This document shows, one piece after another, positions 1 through 8,006 of a DNA stretch of 64,000 nucleotides (positions are counted from its first letter, which is position 1; every line of letters starts with the position of its first letter). Made by a program: the position numbers and the translations under genes. Where the stretch lies: the NCBI GenBank assembly GCA_963666205.1, contig OY762654.1:320001-384000 (forward strand). The letters run 5' to 3'. The stretch comes from Synergistales bacterium. GTDB taxonomy: Bacteria; Synergistota; Synergistia; Synergistales; JAFGMB01. Below the pieces are notes generated by a model. The model made no database searches. It was not told where the DNA came from and saw nothing but the letters and a program-made list of their open reading frames with translations.

Positions 1-1343
1 GCTTGAAGATCCTGTTTTTTCAGCTTGTCCCACTGACTGGTATTGTTGATATCAACACCATTTATCTCTAATATTACATCCCCTACCTTAAGTCCAGATC
101 TGGCTGCTATAGATGTTTCTTCTATCTTGGTGATAACGACCCCTTTTGTATTCGCAAGATCGTATTCTTTCCTTAATTCATCAGTAATATCAGATATCTC
201 AATACCAATTCTTTTAATTGTTCGGCAACCACTGGAACTTATGTCACAGGCAGCTGACTCCACCTCTCCAAGCTTGACTTTAAGTGTCTTTTGATTGCCC
301 TGCCTTATAAGTGTCAGTGTAATATTTTCTCCAGCCATTGTCTGTCGCACCAGGGAAACGAACTGACGGGGTTCCTTTATGACTTCTCCGTCAACATGTG
401 TAAGAACATCTCCCCTGTTTATACCAGCTAGTTCCGCTGGTGATCCAGGTACCACATCACTTACTACGACTCCATCTCTGCTTTCAAGATTGTACGCTTT
501 GGCAAATTCTTCAGAAACAGGCTGAATGTAAACACCAAGCCATCCTCGATTGACCTTGCCATATTGTATAAGATCGTCTACTACTTCTCTGGCCATATTT
601 ACCGGTATTGCGAAACCAATTCCCTGAGCATAAGGAATAATGGCACTGTTGATACCTATTACCTTACCATCTAGATCAAGCAGAGGGCCACCACTGTTTC
701 CAGGATTAATTGCCGCATCAGTTTGTAAGAATCCATCAAAATTAACTTGACCTGCATGAATGCTTCTATTTTTTGCGGAGACCACACCTGCTGTGACGGT
801 ATGTTCAAGACCAAAAGGATTTCCTATTGCGACTACCCACTCCCCCACTTTGAGTTTATCAGAATCCCCTAACTCAAGGACGGGCAGATCTTCTGCCTCA
901 ATTTTAATGACAGCAAGATCAAAAGTAGGATCCTTACCAAGGACCTCGGCGTCCAGAGTCCGACCATCTGAAAGGGTAACAGTTATCTTGTCAGCATCTT
1001 CTATAACATGGTTATTCGTTATTATCTGTCCATCACTGGAAACAATAAAACCTGATCCTCTCCCTTTCATTGGAATTGTCCGGTTAAACCTTTTAAATTC
1101 TTCCCCAAAGAATTGTCTGAAGAATGGATCGTCCGGGAAGGGTGAAAGGGATCTTGTAACCAGTGTCTCTACATCAATATTTACGACAGCTGGGGAGGAA
1201 GCTTCAGCAATCATTGCAATCGGGTTACCCGTAAAGACATCCTGAGCTGATACCGGCACTTGGATAAAGGTCAACAACACCAGAGAGCAGATAAAATACA
1301 TTAAAATCTTACATTCACGTTTTGTAAAAACAGTTTTTGACAT
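1..1343 (-). CDS. degP: HtrA/DegP-family serine protease with PDZ domains (3' end runs off the window)
   Basis: Own translation from ATG at 1343 (SD GGAGG): signal-like N-terminus, GSGFIV, TNNHV, DLAVIK, TDAAINPGNSGGPL, then PDZ (RGWLGV, GSPAELAGI). Missing from the ORF track because it is truncated. Confidence 0.95.
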   Translation of the reverse strand, partial: MSKTVFTKRECKILMYFICSLVLLTFIQVPVSAQDVFTGNPIAMIAEASSPAVVNIDVETLVTRSLSPFPDDPFFRQFFGEEFKRFNRTIPMKGRGSGFIVSSDGQIITNNHVIEDADKITVTLSDGRTLDAEVLGKDPTFDLAVIKIEAEDLPVLELGDSDKLKVGEWVVAIGNPFGLEHTVTAGVVSAKNRSIHAGQVNFDGFLQTDAAINPGNSGGPLLDLDGKVIGINSAIIPYAQGIGFAIPVNMAREVVDDLIQYGKVNRGWLGVYIQPVSEEFAKAYNLESRDGVVVSDVVPGSPAELAGINRGDVLTHVDGEVIKEPRQFVSLVRQTMAGENITLTLIRQGNQKTLKVKLGEVESAACDISSSGCRTIKRIGIEISDITDELRKEYDLANTKGVVITKIEETSIAARSGLKVGDVILEINGVDINNTSQWDKLKKQDLQ

Positions 1344-1392
1344 TTTTAACACCTCCATTGGTTTAAACAAGATTTTAAGGTTTCTCAGAGAT

Positions 1393-1420
1393 TTGACATC
1401 GTTAGTTTTACTGATAAGTT
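1393..1420 (+). promoter_or_regulatory. Putative sigma70 promoter reading into the intergenic region
   Basis: TTGACA (1393-1398), 16-nt spacer, TG-n-TAAGTT extended -10 (TG 1412-1413, hexamer 1415-1420); no + strand protein gene downstream. Confidence 0.55.
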
Positions 1421-1422
1421 AG

Positions 1423-2274
1423 CTCATTGATTTAGCGGAATGTAATCATAGTCAGTCCTGTATCCTGAGCAATAACAATGTCTCTGATCACACTTTAGTA
1501 GTATGTATATTCACGTATTCGCATCTTAATGGAACTACACATAGTTACTGTCAGGTTACGACCGAGCATATTGATGAAAAGGGTTGTCATCTGTCGGAAT
1601 CTTAATTGGGACCTGCTACTCACTGTAAGAAAGCGAAGAGACACTTTAAGGAAGATAGTGTCATCAGATTACGAAACTGAACAAGGGTCAAAAGAATTCA
1701 TTTTTATAAAAGATCTTAAAAGCACTGCTTTTTAAACACGCGATAAAGATTTTAGCCTCTGGAAAGCAGGAACTCAGACAACCTGGTCTGAAACTGTCTC
1801 AAAAGTTTGTCTGAATGAAAGGAAGGAAATAGTCCTTCAATCAGTAAAGCAAAGAACAAATATCAGGGATAAGCTGGTTAACAGATATATCCCCATTGGT
1901 ATCACACCCATTTCTGGCAATATCCAGAAATGGGTGTGATACCTAGTCGGAATCAGTAAAGTGAATCTAAGATTCAGTGCTCCTTTATTATTATACAGCA
2001 TCAGGGTTTTAACTGGTAGATGAGTCATAATATTCGGAATTTCACGTAAAGAATTTGTGTGAAATTCCTTCAGAAAAGAAGATTCTATTTTTACAGAATT
2101 GAAATAGAGTTAGTGAATGAGCCAATAAGATGAACTGATGAGATGTCGAGATTGAAGTTATGCAGCTTATGTGGAATTGATTTCCTATCATGTAACATGT
2201 ACAGGTCTGCGACCCTATATGATCCGAGTAGAGGAAATTCTGAATAAGTAAAAGAATGATTACCAAATGATGGG
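1423..2274 (+). ncRNA. Candidate large (~850 nt) highly structured non-coding RNA
   Basis: Nested long-range complementarity between the 5' and 3' ends, many internal hairpins with G-U pairs on the + strand, A-rich linkers, an upstream promoter and no credible ORF. Ends are approximate. Confidence 0.65.
1898..1943. repeat. Perfect 20-bp inverted repeat with 6-nt loop
   Basis: GGTATCACACCCATTTCTGG-caatat-CCAGAAATGGGTGTGATACC. Confidence 0.97.
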
Positions 2275-2292
2275 AAATGGAGACCAATTCAA

Positions 2293-3063
2293 TTATCGTT
2301 GTCTGGAAGAATATCTGAGGGTAAAAACAAGCCATAAAAGGCCAGCGACAAGAACTGCAGCACCAACAAATTGGCCGGTTCTTAATCCAAGCATGCGATC
2401 CCCAACTCGAAGAAAATCAACAAATAATCTCATGGCCCCATACATGATCATAAATACTGGCCAGAGAACGGCACCATGAAACCTCCTTATGTTTCCCGAA
2501 CCAATCTTTTTCTCCAGAAAATAAAGAACACAAAGTATAATTGTGGCACCAAAGGAATAATAAAGCTGGGTCGGATGTCTATAAAGACCTGGGCGGTCAA
2601 AGGGAAAATGAACGGCAAATGGACCGTCTGAAATAATTCCATAGCAACAGCCGTTAAGAAAACATCCAATTCTACCGATAGCTACCGTAGCAGATGCAGG
2701 TAGGCTGGCGGCTTCAGCAATTTTCCAGACCTCAAGTTTGTGTTTCCTGCAGTAGAATATCCCCAGCGCTCCCGCACCTAAAAAGGCGGTAGTAGACGAG
2801 AGCCCTCCTTCTAGAATGTTGAGAATTCGCCGAGGATCCGCAACATAGTAAGTCCAATGATCAAAATATCCACCGATCCTTGCTCCGAGAAGCATGCCGA
2901 TAAACCCAAATATAAGACACATACGTGCTGATTCATCATCCATTGCATATAAAAGAACTGCCCTTTTCCTGATCCACAAGACAGCTAGAGATAAAGCACA
3001 GGTCCACAGCACATAATAACTGTGGACCTCTAATGTTCCAATTTCAAAAAAAATCTTTTGCAT
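2293..3063 (-). CDS. lgt: Prolipoprotein diacylglyceryl transferase family protein
   Basis: Multi-TM protein with LLGARI, GGLS, IGRIGCFLNGCCYG, RHPTQLY and R-x-x-x-D-F-L-R motifs. Confidence 0.88.
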   Translation of the reverse strand: MQKIFFEIGTLEVHSYYVLWTCALSLAVLWIRKRAVLLYAMDDESARMCLIFGFIGMLLGARIGGYFDHWTYYVADPRRILNILEGGLSSTTAFLGAGALGIFYCRKHKLEVWKIAEAASLPASATVAIGRIGCFLNGCCYGIISDGPFAVHFPFDRPGLYRHPTQLYYSFGATIILCVLYFLEKKIGSGNIRRFHGAVLWPVFMIMYGAMRLFVDFLRVGDRMLGLRTGQFVGAAVLVAGLLWLVFTLRYSSRQR

Positions 3064-3070
3064 ATATATA

Positions 3071-3712
3071 TTACCTTCTTCTGGGAACCTTTTTCACTGC
3101 CTGAGAAGGCCATACTACTACTTTGCGGGAGTGCCCTTCCCCTACTGATCGAGTTTCTATGTCCGATCTTTCCTTTAGCGTCATATGAATTATTCTTCTT
3201 TCCCAACTGGACATTGGTTCCAGATAGGTAGGTCTTGCTTTACGAACAGTTTTACGAGCCGCAGCTAGGGCCAATCTTTGCAGACTGGCTTCTCTTCTAT
3301 CCCTGTAACCGTCACTGTCAAGTTTAACCCTCTGGGACAGTTCGATATCGCGAAGAATCACGTTCACGAGAAATTCCAGAGCTTTCAGAGTTTCTCCATA
3401 TTTGCCGATTACAATACCAGCATCTTCCCCACTGATATTAAGGTAATCATGATCCATGTCTGAAGTTTCAACATCGAGTTCCATAATAGAAAGCAGGTCG
3501 TCAAGAAGTTTTTTCCCTCGTAAGATATATAAAGGTGCAGAAGGTCTCACCTCTACCGTAAGTTTTCGGCCAAGGAAACCGAAAAAACTTTTTTCTTCTT
3601 CAATAACTTTAGCGATTATATCGTCAGGACTTAAAGACCATTTGGCAGCTGCAATGTTCTGGGCTTCATCTATAGAACTAACCTCCAGAACGAGGGTTTC
3701 ATAATCGTTCAA
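3071..3712 (-). CDS. jag: Jag/KhpB (EloR) RNA-binding protein, KH + R3H
   Basis: Jag_N (KSFFGFLG), KH (IGKYGETLKAL), R3H (ERRIIH); follows yidC. Confidence 0.93.
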   Translation of the reverse strand: MNDYETLVLEVSSIDEAQNIAAAKWSLSPDDIIAKVIEEEKSFFGFLGRKLTVEVRPSAPLYILRGKKLLDDLLSIMELDVETSDMDHDYLNISGEDAGIVIGKYGETLKALEFLVNVILRDIELSQRVKLDSDGYRDRREASLQRLALAAARKTVRKARPTYLEPMSSWERRIIHMTLKERSDIETRSVGEGHSRKVVVWPSQAVKKVPRRR

Positions 3713-3755
3713 GAATAAGTCCTCCTTTCAATCTCACACAAAGGGACTATGTGTT

Positions 3756-4559
3756 CTAATTCTTAGTGGGCTTATCAGTAAATATGGCAGGTTTTTCCTG
3801 CATTTCAACTTTTGTTTTGTGCATTACCCACCATTGTTGGGCAACACCTATCAATGAAGATGCTCCCCAGTAAAGGAGAACTCCTCCTTGAAGGCTGAGA
3901 CATATGAAAGTAAGAAAAGCAGGCATAAACCAGCTCATCATAGCCATCTGCGGATTGTTTCCGGTTGAACTTAGCTTCTGCTGGAACCAGGTCAGGAAAG
4001 AGATAAAAATCAGCAACAGAAGATTGGGGCCATACTGCAAGATATTAGCCAATCCGGATGGATTAGCGGAAACAGCAGAAAAAACTGATCCTACACCAAT
4101 CTTGGCACCTTCAGGAACCATCATGCCTACAGCAGCAGCGATAGTGGAAAGGACCGAACCATCCAATTGAATTCCAATAAAGAAATTGGTTGCTCCAGGA
4201 TACTCGAGTTTTAAAAGGACTCTGAAAAGAAGAATCAGAATAGGTAGCTGAACAAGAAGGGGTAAACATCCAGCAGCAGGATTAACCTTGTTTTCCTTGT
4301 ATAGAGCCATTGTTTCCCGGTTAAGTGATTCCTTGTCATCTTTATATTTTTCCTGAAGCACCTTGAGTCTTGGCTGGAGCTTCTGCATTTTCTGCATGCT
4401 TACCATCTGTTTATGAGATAGAGGATGCAGCAATAATCTAATAATAACCGTCAGAAAAATAATAGCCAGACCATAAGAACCGGTAAAACTGTAGAAACCG
4501 TTAAGAACTGACATTAACATGTTTCCCATTGAATTCCAGAGTGAACCCAAACCTCTCAC
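3756..4559 (-). CDS. yidC: YidC/Oxa1 membrane protein insertase (short form)
   Basis: YGLAIIFLTVIIRLLLHPL, VNPAAGCLPLLVQLPIL, GVLLYW. Confidence 0.95.
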   Translation of the reverse strand: MRGLGSLWNSMGNMLMSVLNGFYSFTGSYGLAIIFLTVIIRLLLHPLSHKQMVSMQKMQKLQPRLKVLQEKYKDDKESLNRETMALYKENKVNPAAGCLPLLVQLPILILLFRVLLKLEYPGATNFFIGIQLDGSVLSTIAAAVGMMVPEGAKIGVGSVFSAVSANPSGLANILQYGPNLLLLIFISFLTWFQQKLSSTGNNPQMAMMSWFMPAFLTFICLSLQGGVLLYWGASSLIGVAQQWWVMHKTKVEMQEKPAIFTDKPTKN

Positions 4560-4594
4560 CTTCCTCGAATAGACTTCTTGTAAGTTAGAAATGA

Positions 4595-4834
4595 TCAGGG
4601 AACGGGATCATAACCTCCCGGATTCCACGGACCACACTTTACAATCCTTTTGACCCCCAGGAAACTACCCCTAAAGAAACCATAGGTTCTTACTGCCTGA
4701 ATATAGTATTCTGAACAGGTTGGGTAGAACCTGCAGTTTTTCCCCAGAAATGGTGATATAAAGTTCTGATACATTCTGACAATAAAAACTGCTAGAATAG
4801 ACAGGAACGAAGCTCTCATTGTCTGGTCCTCCAT
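4595..4834 (-). CDS. yidD: Membrane protein insertion efficiency factor YidD
   Basis: [30 protein letters not shown]. Confidence 0.95.
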   Translation of the reverse strand: MEDQTMRASFLSILAVFIVRMYQNFISPFLGKNCRFYPTCSEYYIQAVRTYGFFRGSFLGVKRIVKCGPWNPGGYDPVP

Positions 4835-5205
4835 TTATGGGGCAATTCAGTAAATCCATCTTTCAACAGGCACTTATAACGAAGTAACAAAAGCATTTCT
4901 TCGTATATTTCACGGGAATTGGCGTCCAGACCACGGGAACTCAGCGAAAACACCAACCAGAAACCTTCCCTTACCCCTTTACGTAAATGGCGTATGGCTT
5001 CTTTAAGTTTCCTTCTTCCCAGATTTCTTGTAACGGAGTTACCCTGTTTTTTCCCTACTGCAAGACCAAATCTTGTTTCTCCATTGGGGACCTCAAGAAA
5101 TAACAAACGCACCAGCTTGCCATTTATCCGACTGCCGGTGCGGAAGATAACGTCGTATTCCCAACCCTTCTTCAGTCTGACACGACGAGGATAGTCCAGT
5201 TTCAC
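4816..5205 (-). CDS. rnpA: Ribonuclease P protein component
   Basis: [31 protein letters not shown]; lies between rpmH and yidD. Confidence 0.92.
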   Translation of the reverse strand: MKLDYPRRVRLKKGWEYDVIFRTGSRINGKLVRLLFLEVPNGETRFGLAVGKKQGNSVTRNLGRRKLKEAIRHLRKGVREGFWLVFSLSSRGLDANSREIYEEMLLLLRYKCLLKDGFTELPHKWRTRQ

Positions 5206-5210
5206 AAGAG

Positions 5211-5345
5211 TTAAACGGCAAGACGTTTTCGCCCTTTACGGCGGCGATTTCTCAATATTCTCTGACCACCTGGAGTACTTGACCTCTCAAGAAATCCCAT
5301 TTTTCTTTTTCGTGGTCTATTATGTGGCTGAAATGTCTGTTTCAA
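5211..5345 (-). CDS. rpmH: 50S ribosomal protein L34
   Basis: Own translation (TTG start, SD GGGAGG): MKQTFQPHNRPRKRKMGFLERSSTPGGQRILRNRRRKGRKRLAV; below the ORF-track cutoff. Confidence 0.96.
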   Translation of the reverse strand: MKQTFQPHNRPRKRKMGFLERSSTPGGQRILRNRRRKGRKRLAV

Positions 5346-5476
5346 TTTTATCCCTCCCAAGAACTATTCAATCATTTTACTCTGTACTTATAAGTCATTT
5401 TTTACTTGTGATACACAAGTCTGCGGTTAAAAGCACAGGGATAGAGTTGCTCGAACCATTGAGCCTTGATAATATA

Positions 5477-7447
5477 TCACACACTATCTCGACTAGCAAC
5501 AGAGTTATCTCTAACCGTGATCTTTTTGTATTTTACTTTAGGAAGACTTGAAGGAATAGACCAATCTTTTCGAGCTAGAACCCTTCCATCCAGTATTATC
5601 GACCGTCCCCTGTCATTAGCTGTTCTAATAAGTCTTCCCACCGCTTGACGCAGATACATCTTGGCCACAGGAAGAGTCACTGTAAGGAAAGCACCCGGAC
5701 CTTCATAAGCATTTCGGGCCTGCACGAGTGGATCCTGTGGGTGAGGAAAGGGGATTCTATCAATTATCACCTGGGAAAGGCTGTTGCCAGGTACATCTAT
5801 TCCTTCCCTGAAGGAAACACTGCCGATAAGTACAGAATCGATATCTTCCCTGAATCTTATAAGGAGCTCATTTCGGGGTAGATCACCCTGAACAAGAATA
5901 GTGTATTCTTTATTTTTATTCCTCAGATATTCTCCGACTTTTCTTAACAATCTTATGGAACTTAATAGGACAAGGGTCCTCCCGTGGTTATCATCTATAA
6001 GACGTTCGATGATCCTGCAGTTTTTTTCATCATATCCACAATCCCTAACCCTAAGGCCGGTTTCAACTACCCATATTTCCATCTGCTTCTCAAGGGGAAA
6101 GGGAGAATCAAAAACCAGCCTAACGTCTGATGTAATGCCTGTTTCCTTTTCCCAGTACGAAAAAGAGTTATCAACTCTCAAAGTCGCAGAAACCATTACT
6201 ATGAGATCTGGCATAGAGTTATTCAGGGCATCTGGTATAGAATCGGAACAGATTGTAGGCTTGCTTATAAGGGAAGTCCCTTCCTTCCAGTAAGCCCAGG
6301 AAGGGAAGCGATCCAGATCCAGACACCATTGGAATGCTTTGATAAGAGAAGTCAATTCGTCAAACCAGACGAGCACGTTGCTCTTATCCAGTGAAATCTC
6401 AGATATATCAGAGGTAAGTTCTCCTCCCCTGATCTCCGCTACTGGAGAAAGAAGTACATTTTTCAGGTTAATCAGTTCCGCTACAGTCTGTTCCCCTTTC
6501 TCCCTACAGACAACATCAAATTCTCTAATCAGCACACCATCCCTTATGGATCTCTCAAGGTTACCAAAAAAGTCCAGTACATCCGGAAGACATTCTTTAT
6601 AAAGAGTTTCTACGATATCAAGATCCTTCCTTTCCAGAACAAGATTATTCTTCAGATTACCAAGATTTCTGGGTTCAAATAAATGTCTTACATCCTCAGC
6701 ACTGACTGATATTGAAGACACTGACCGGGCAGCATCGCTTATCTTATGCGCTTCATCACATATTATTAAGTCTGGTTTAACTGGAAAGGGCTTCGACGCA
6801 CCCAGCAGATATGCAAAATACAGGTGATAGTTAGAGATGACAACGGTCCAATCCTGAGAACTCGCTATCAGTTTCTGAACATAACATTCATCTCTGAATG
6901 GACATTTATGGCCAAGGCAGCCATTTTCCGGACAGATAACGCTCATAAACGCAGGATGATCTGGACGAAGAGACACTTCAGAGATATCCCCTGTTTTTGT
7001 TTCTTTCAGCCACTCAAGGATCTTACGTGAAGAACGTCCTTCATCGTTAAAGGAGAGAAATCCCTGAAGTCCCAGATTTTCAACTTTTCGGAGACAGACA
7101 TAGTTATTACGTCCTTTGAGAATTCCAAAGGGAAAATCAGTTTGAAGTATTTGGGATATCTGAGGAATATCTTTAAAAAATAACTGTTCCTGAAGTGGGA
7201 TGCTTGCTGTCAAAAAAAGTATCTTTTTCCTGTTTTCTACAGCCCACAATAGTGCAGGGACAAGAACAGCAAAGGTCTTGCCAAGACCTGTAGGCGCTTC
7301 AGCAGATATAACACCTCCACGCTCCTCGTTCAAAGCCTGCCATAAAACTGTAGCTAAAGACTCCTGTGATTTTCTGTACTCAAAATCAACAAATCGCCGA
7401 TTTAAGAGTCCCTTGGGTCCAAAATAATCTTCCATAAGACAATTCAA
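5477..7447 (-). CDS. DinG/YoaA-family ATP-dependent helicase with Fe-S cluster
   Basis: EAPTGLGKT, LKGRNNYVC, Cys cluster CLGHKCPFRDEC, DEAH, EGID, QAVGRLIR. Confidence 0.93.
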   Translation of the reverse strand: MNCLMEDYFGPKGLLNRRFVDFEYRKSQESLATVLWQALNEERGGVISAEAPTGLGKTFAVLVPALLWAVENRKKILFLTASIPLQEQLFFKDIPQISQILQTDFPFGILKGRNNYVCLRKVENLGLQGFLSFNDEGRSSRKILEWLKETKTGDISEVSLRPDHPAFMSVICPENGCLGHKCPFRDECYVQKLIASSQDWTVVISNYHLYFAYLLGASKPFPVKPDLIICDEAHKISDAARSVSSISVSAEDVRHLFEPRNLGNLKNNLVLERKDLDIVETLYKECLPDVLDFFGNLERSIRDGVLIREFDVVCREKGEQTVAELINLKNVLLSPVAEIRGGELTSDISEISLDKSNVLVWFDELTSLIKAFQWCLDLDRFPSWAYWKEGTSLISKPTICSDSIPDALNNSMPDLIVMVSATLRVDNSFSYWEKETGITSDVRLVFDSPFPLEKQMEIWVVETGLRVRDCGYDEKNCRIIERLIDDNHGRTLVLLSSIRLLRKVGEYLRNKNKEYTILVQGDLPRNELLIRFREDIDSVLIGSVSFREGIDVPGNSLSQVIIDRIPFPHPQDPLVQARNAYEGPGAFLTVTLPVAKMYLRQAVGRLIRTANDRGRSIILDGRVLARKDWSIPSSLPKVKYKKITVRDNSVASRDSV

Positions 7448-7652
7448 TACTTTTTGTCTCCTTTTAGTTTAAATACTCTTCATAAAGATTCAGATATGTT
7501 AGCATAATTAATATCATCCCGTATTATGATCTGGAACTGTTTCAGATGAAATTTTTTATGTTTGATATCATATGTAAGCAACTTATATGTTGCAGATTGT
7601 ATAAATTGCATGTTAGAATGTGTTCTGCTCTTGAGATGAGGAGGTGAAAGAT

Positions 7653-7931
7653 ATGCCTAACAAGAAGTCCGCCGCTAAAAGAATGCGTACTAGCGAAAAG
7701 AACCGCCTTTATAACAAGTACTGGACAAGTCGCTGTAAAACTTCTATAAAGAAAGTACTTGACGCAGTAAATGAAAAGGATACTGTACTTGCTGAGAAAA
7801 GGCTGCAGGAAGCACAATCCACAATTGATAAAGCTGTTGTAAAAGGCGTAATTCATCGAAATACCGGTGCAAGACGTAAATCCAGGCTGACATTGAAAGT
7901 AAAAACTCTTTATGGGGAAGATAAGGCTTAG
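7653..7931 (+). CDS. rpsT: 30S ribosomal protein S20
   Basis: MPNKKSAAKRMRTSEKNRLYN...IDKAVVKGVIHRNTGARRKSRL; SD GGAGGTG. Confidence 0.97.
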   Translation: MPNKKSAAKRMRTSEKNRLYNKYWTSRCKTSIKKVLDAVNEKDTVLAEKRLQEAQSTIDKAVVKGVIHRNTGARRKSRLTLKVKTLYGEDKA

Positions 7932-7967
7932 CGGAGTTAATCAACATAGATTTCAGTATAGCCATCC

Positions 7968-8006
7968 AGAGGAAGGACGCCATTTGCGCTCTTCCTCTTA
8001 TTTTTT
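7968..8006 (+). terminator. Intrinsic terminator between convergent rpsT and holA
   Basis: AGAGGAAG...CTTCCTCT stem followed by TATTTTTT. Confidence 0.7.

Noticed and set aside
2135-2160. Hammerhead-like CTGATGA core
   Set aside because: Followed by a weak stem and GAAG rather than the required GAAA, with no stem I/III arrangement. The segment is used in the long-range helix instead.
2228-2245. GAGGAAATTC resembling the RNase P RNA GAGGAAAGTCC motif
   Set aside because: Mismatched, located at the 3' end of the region, and the partner 3' motif (ACAGAA..CGGCTTA) is absent.
1344-2292. oriC or CRISPR array in the large intergenic region
   Set aside because: No TTATCCACA box cluster and no regularly spaced direct repeats.
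1529-2335. Short ORFs in the degP-lgt gap (1529-1735 +, 1837-2028 -, 2042-2335 -)
   Set aside because: No recognisable domains or good RBS, atypical composition, and they cut across the predicted helices. A structured RNA explains the region better, though small peptides are not formally excluded.
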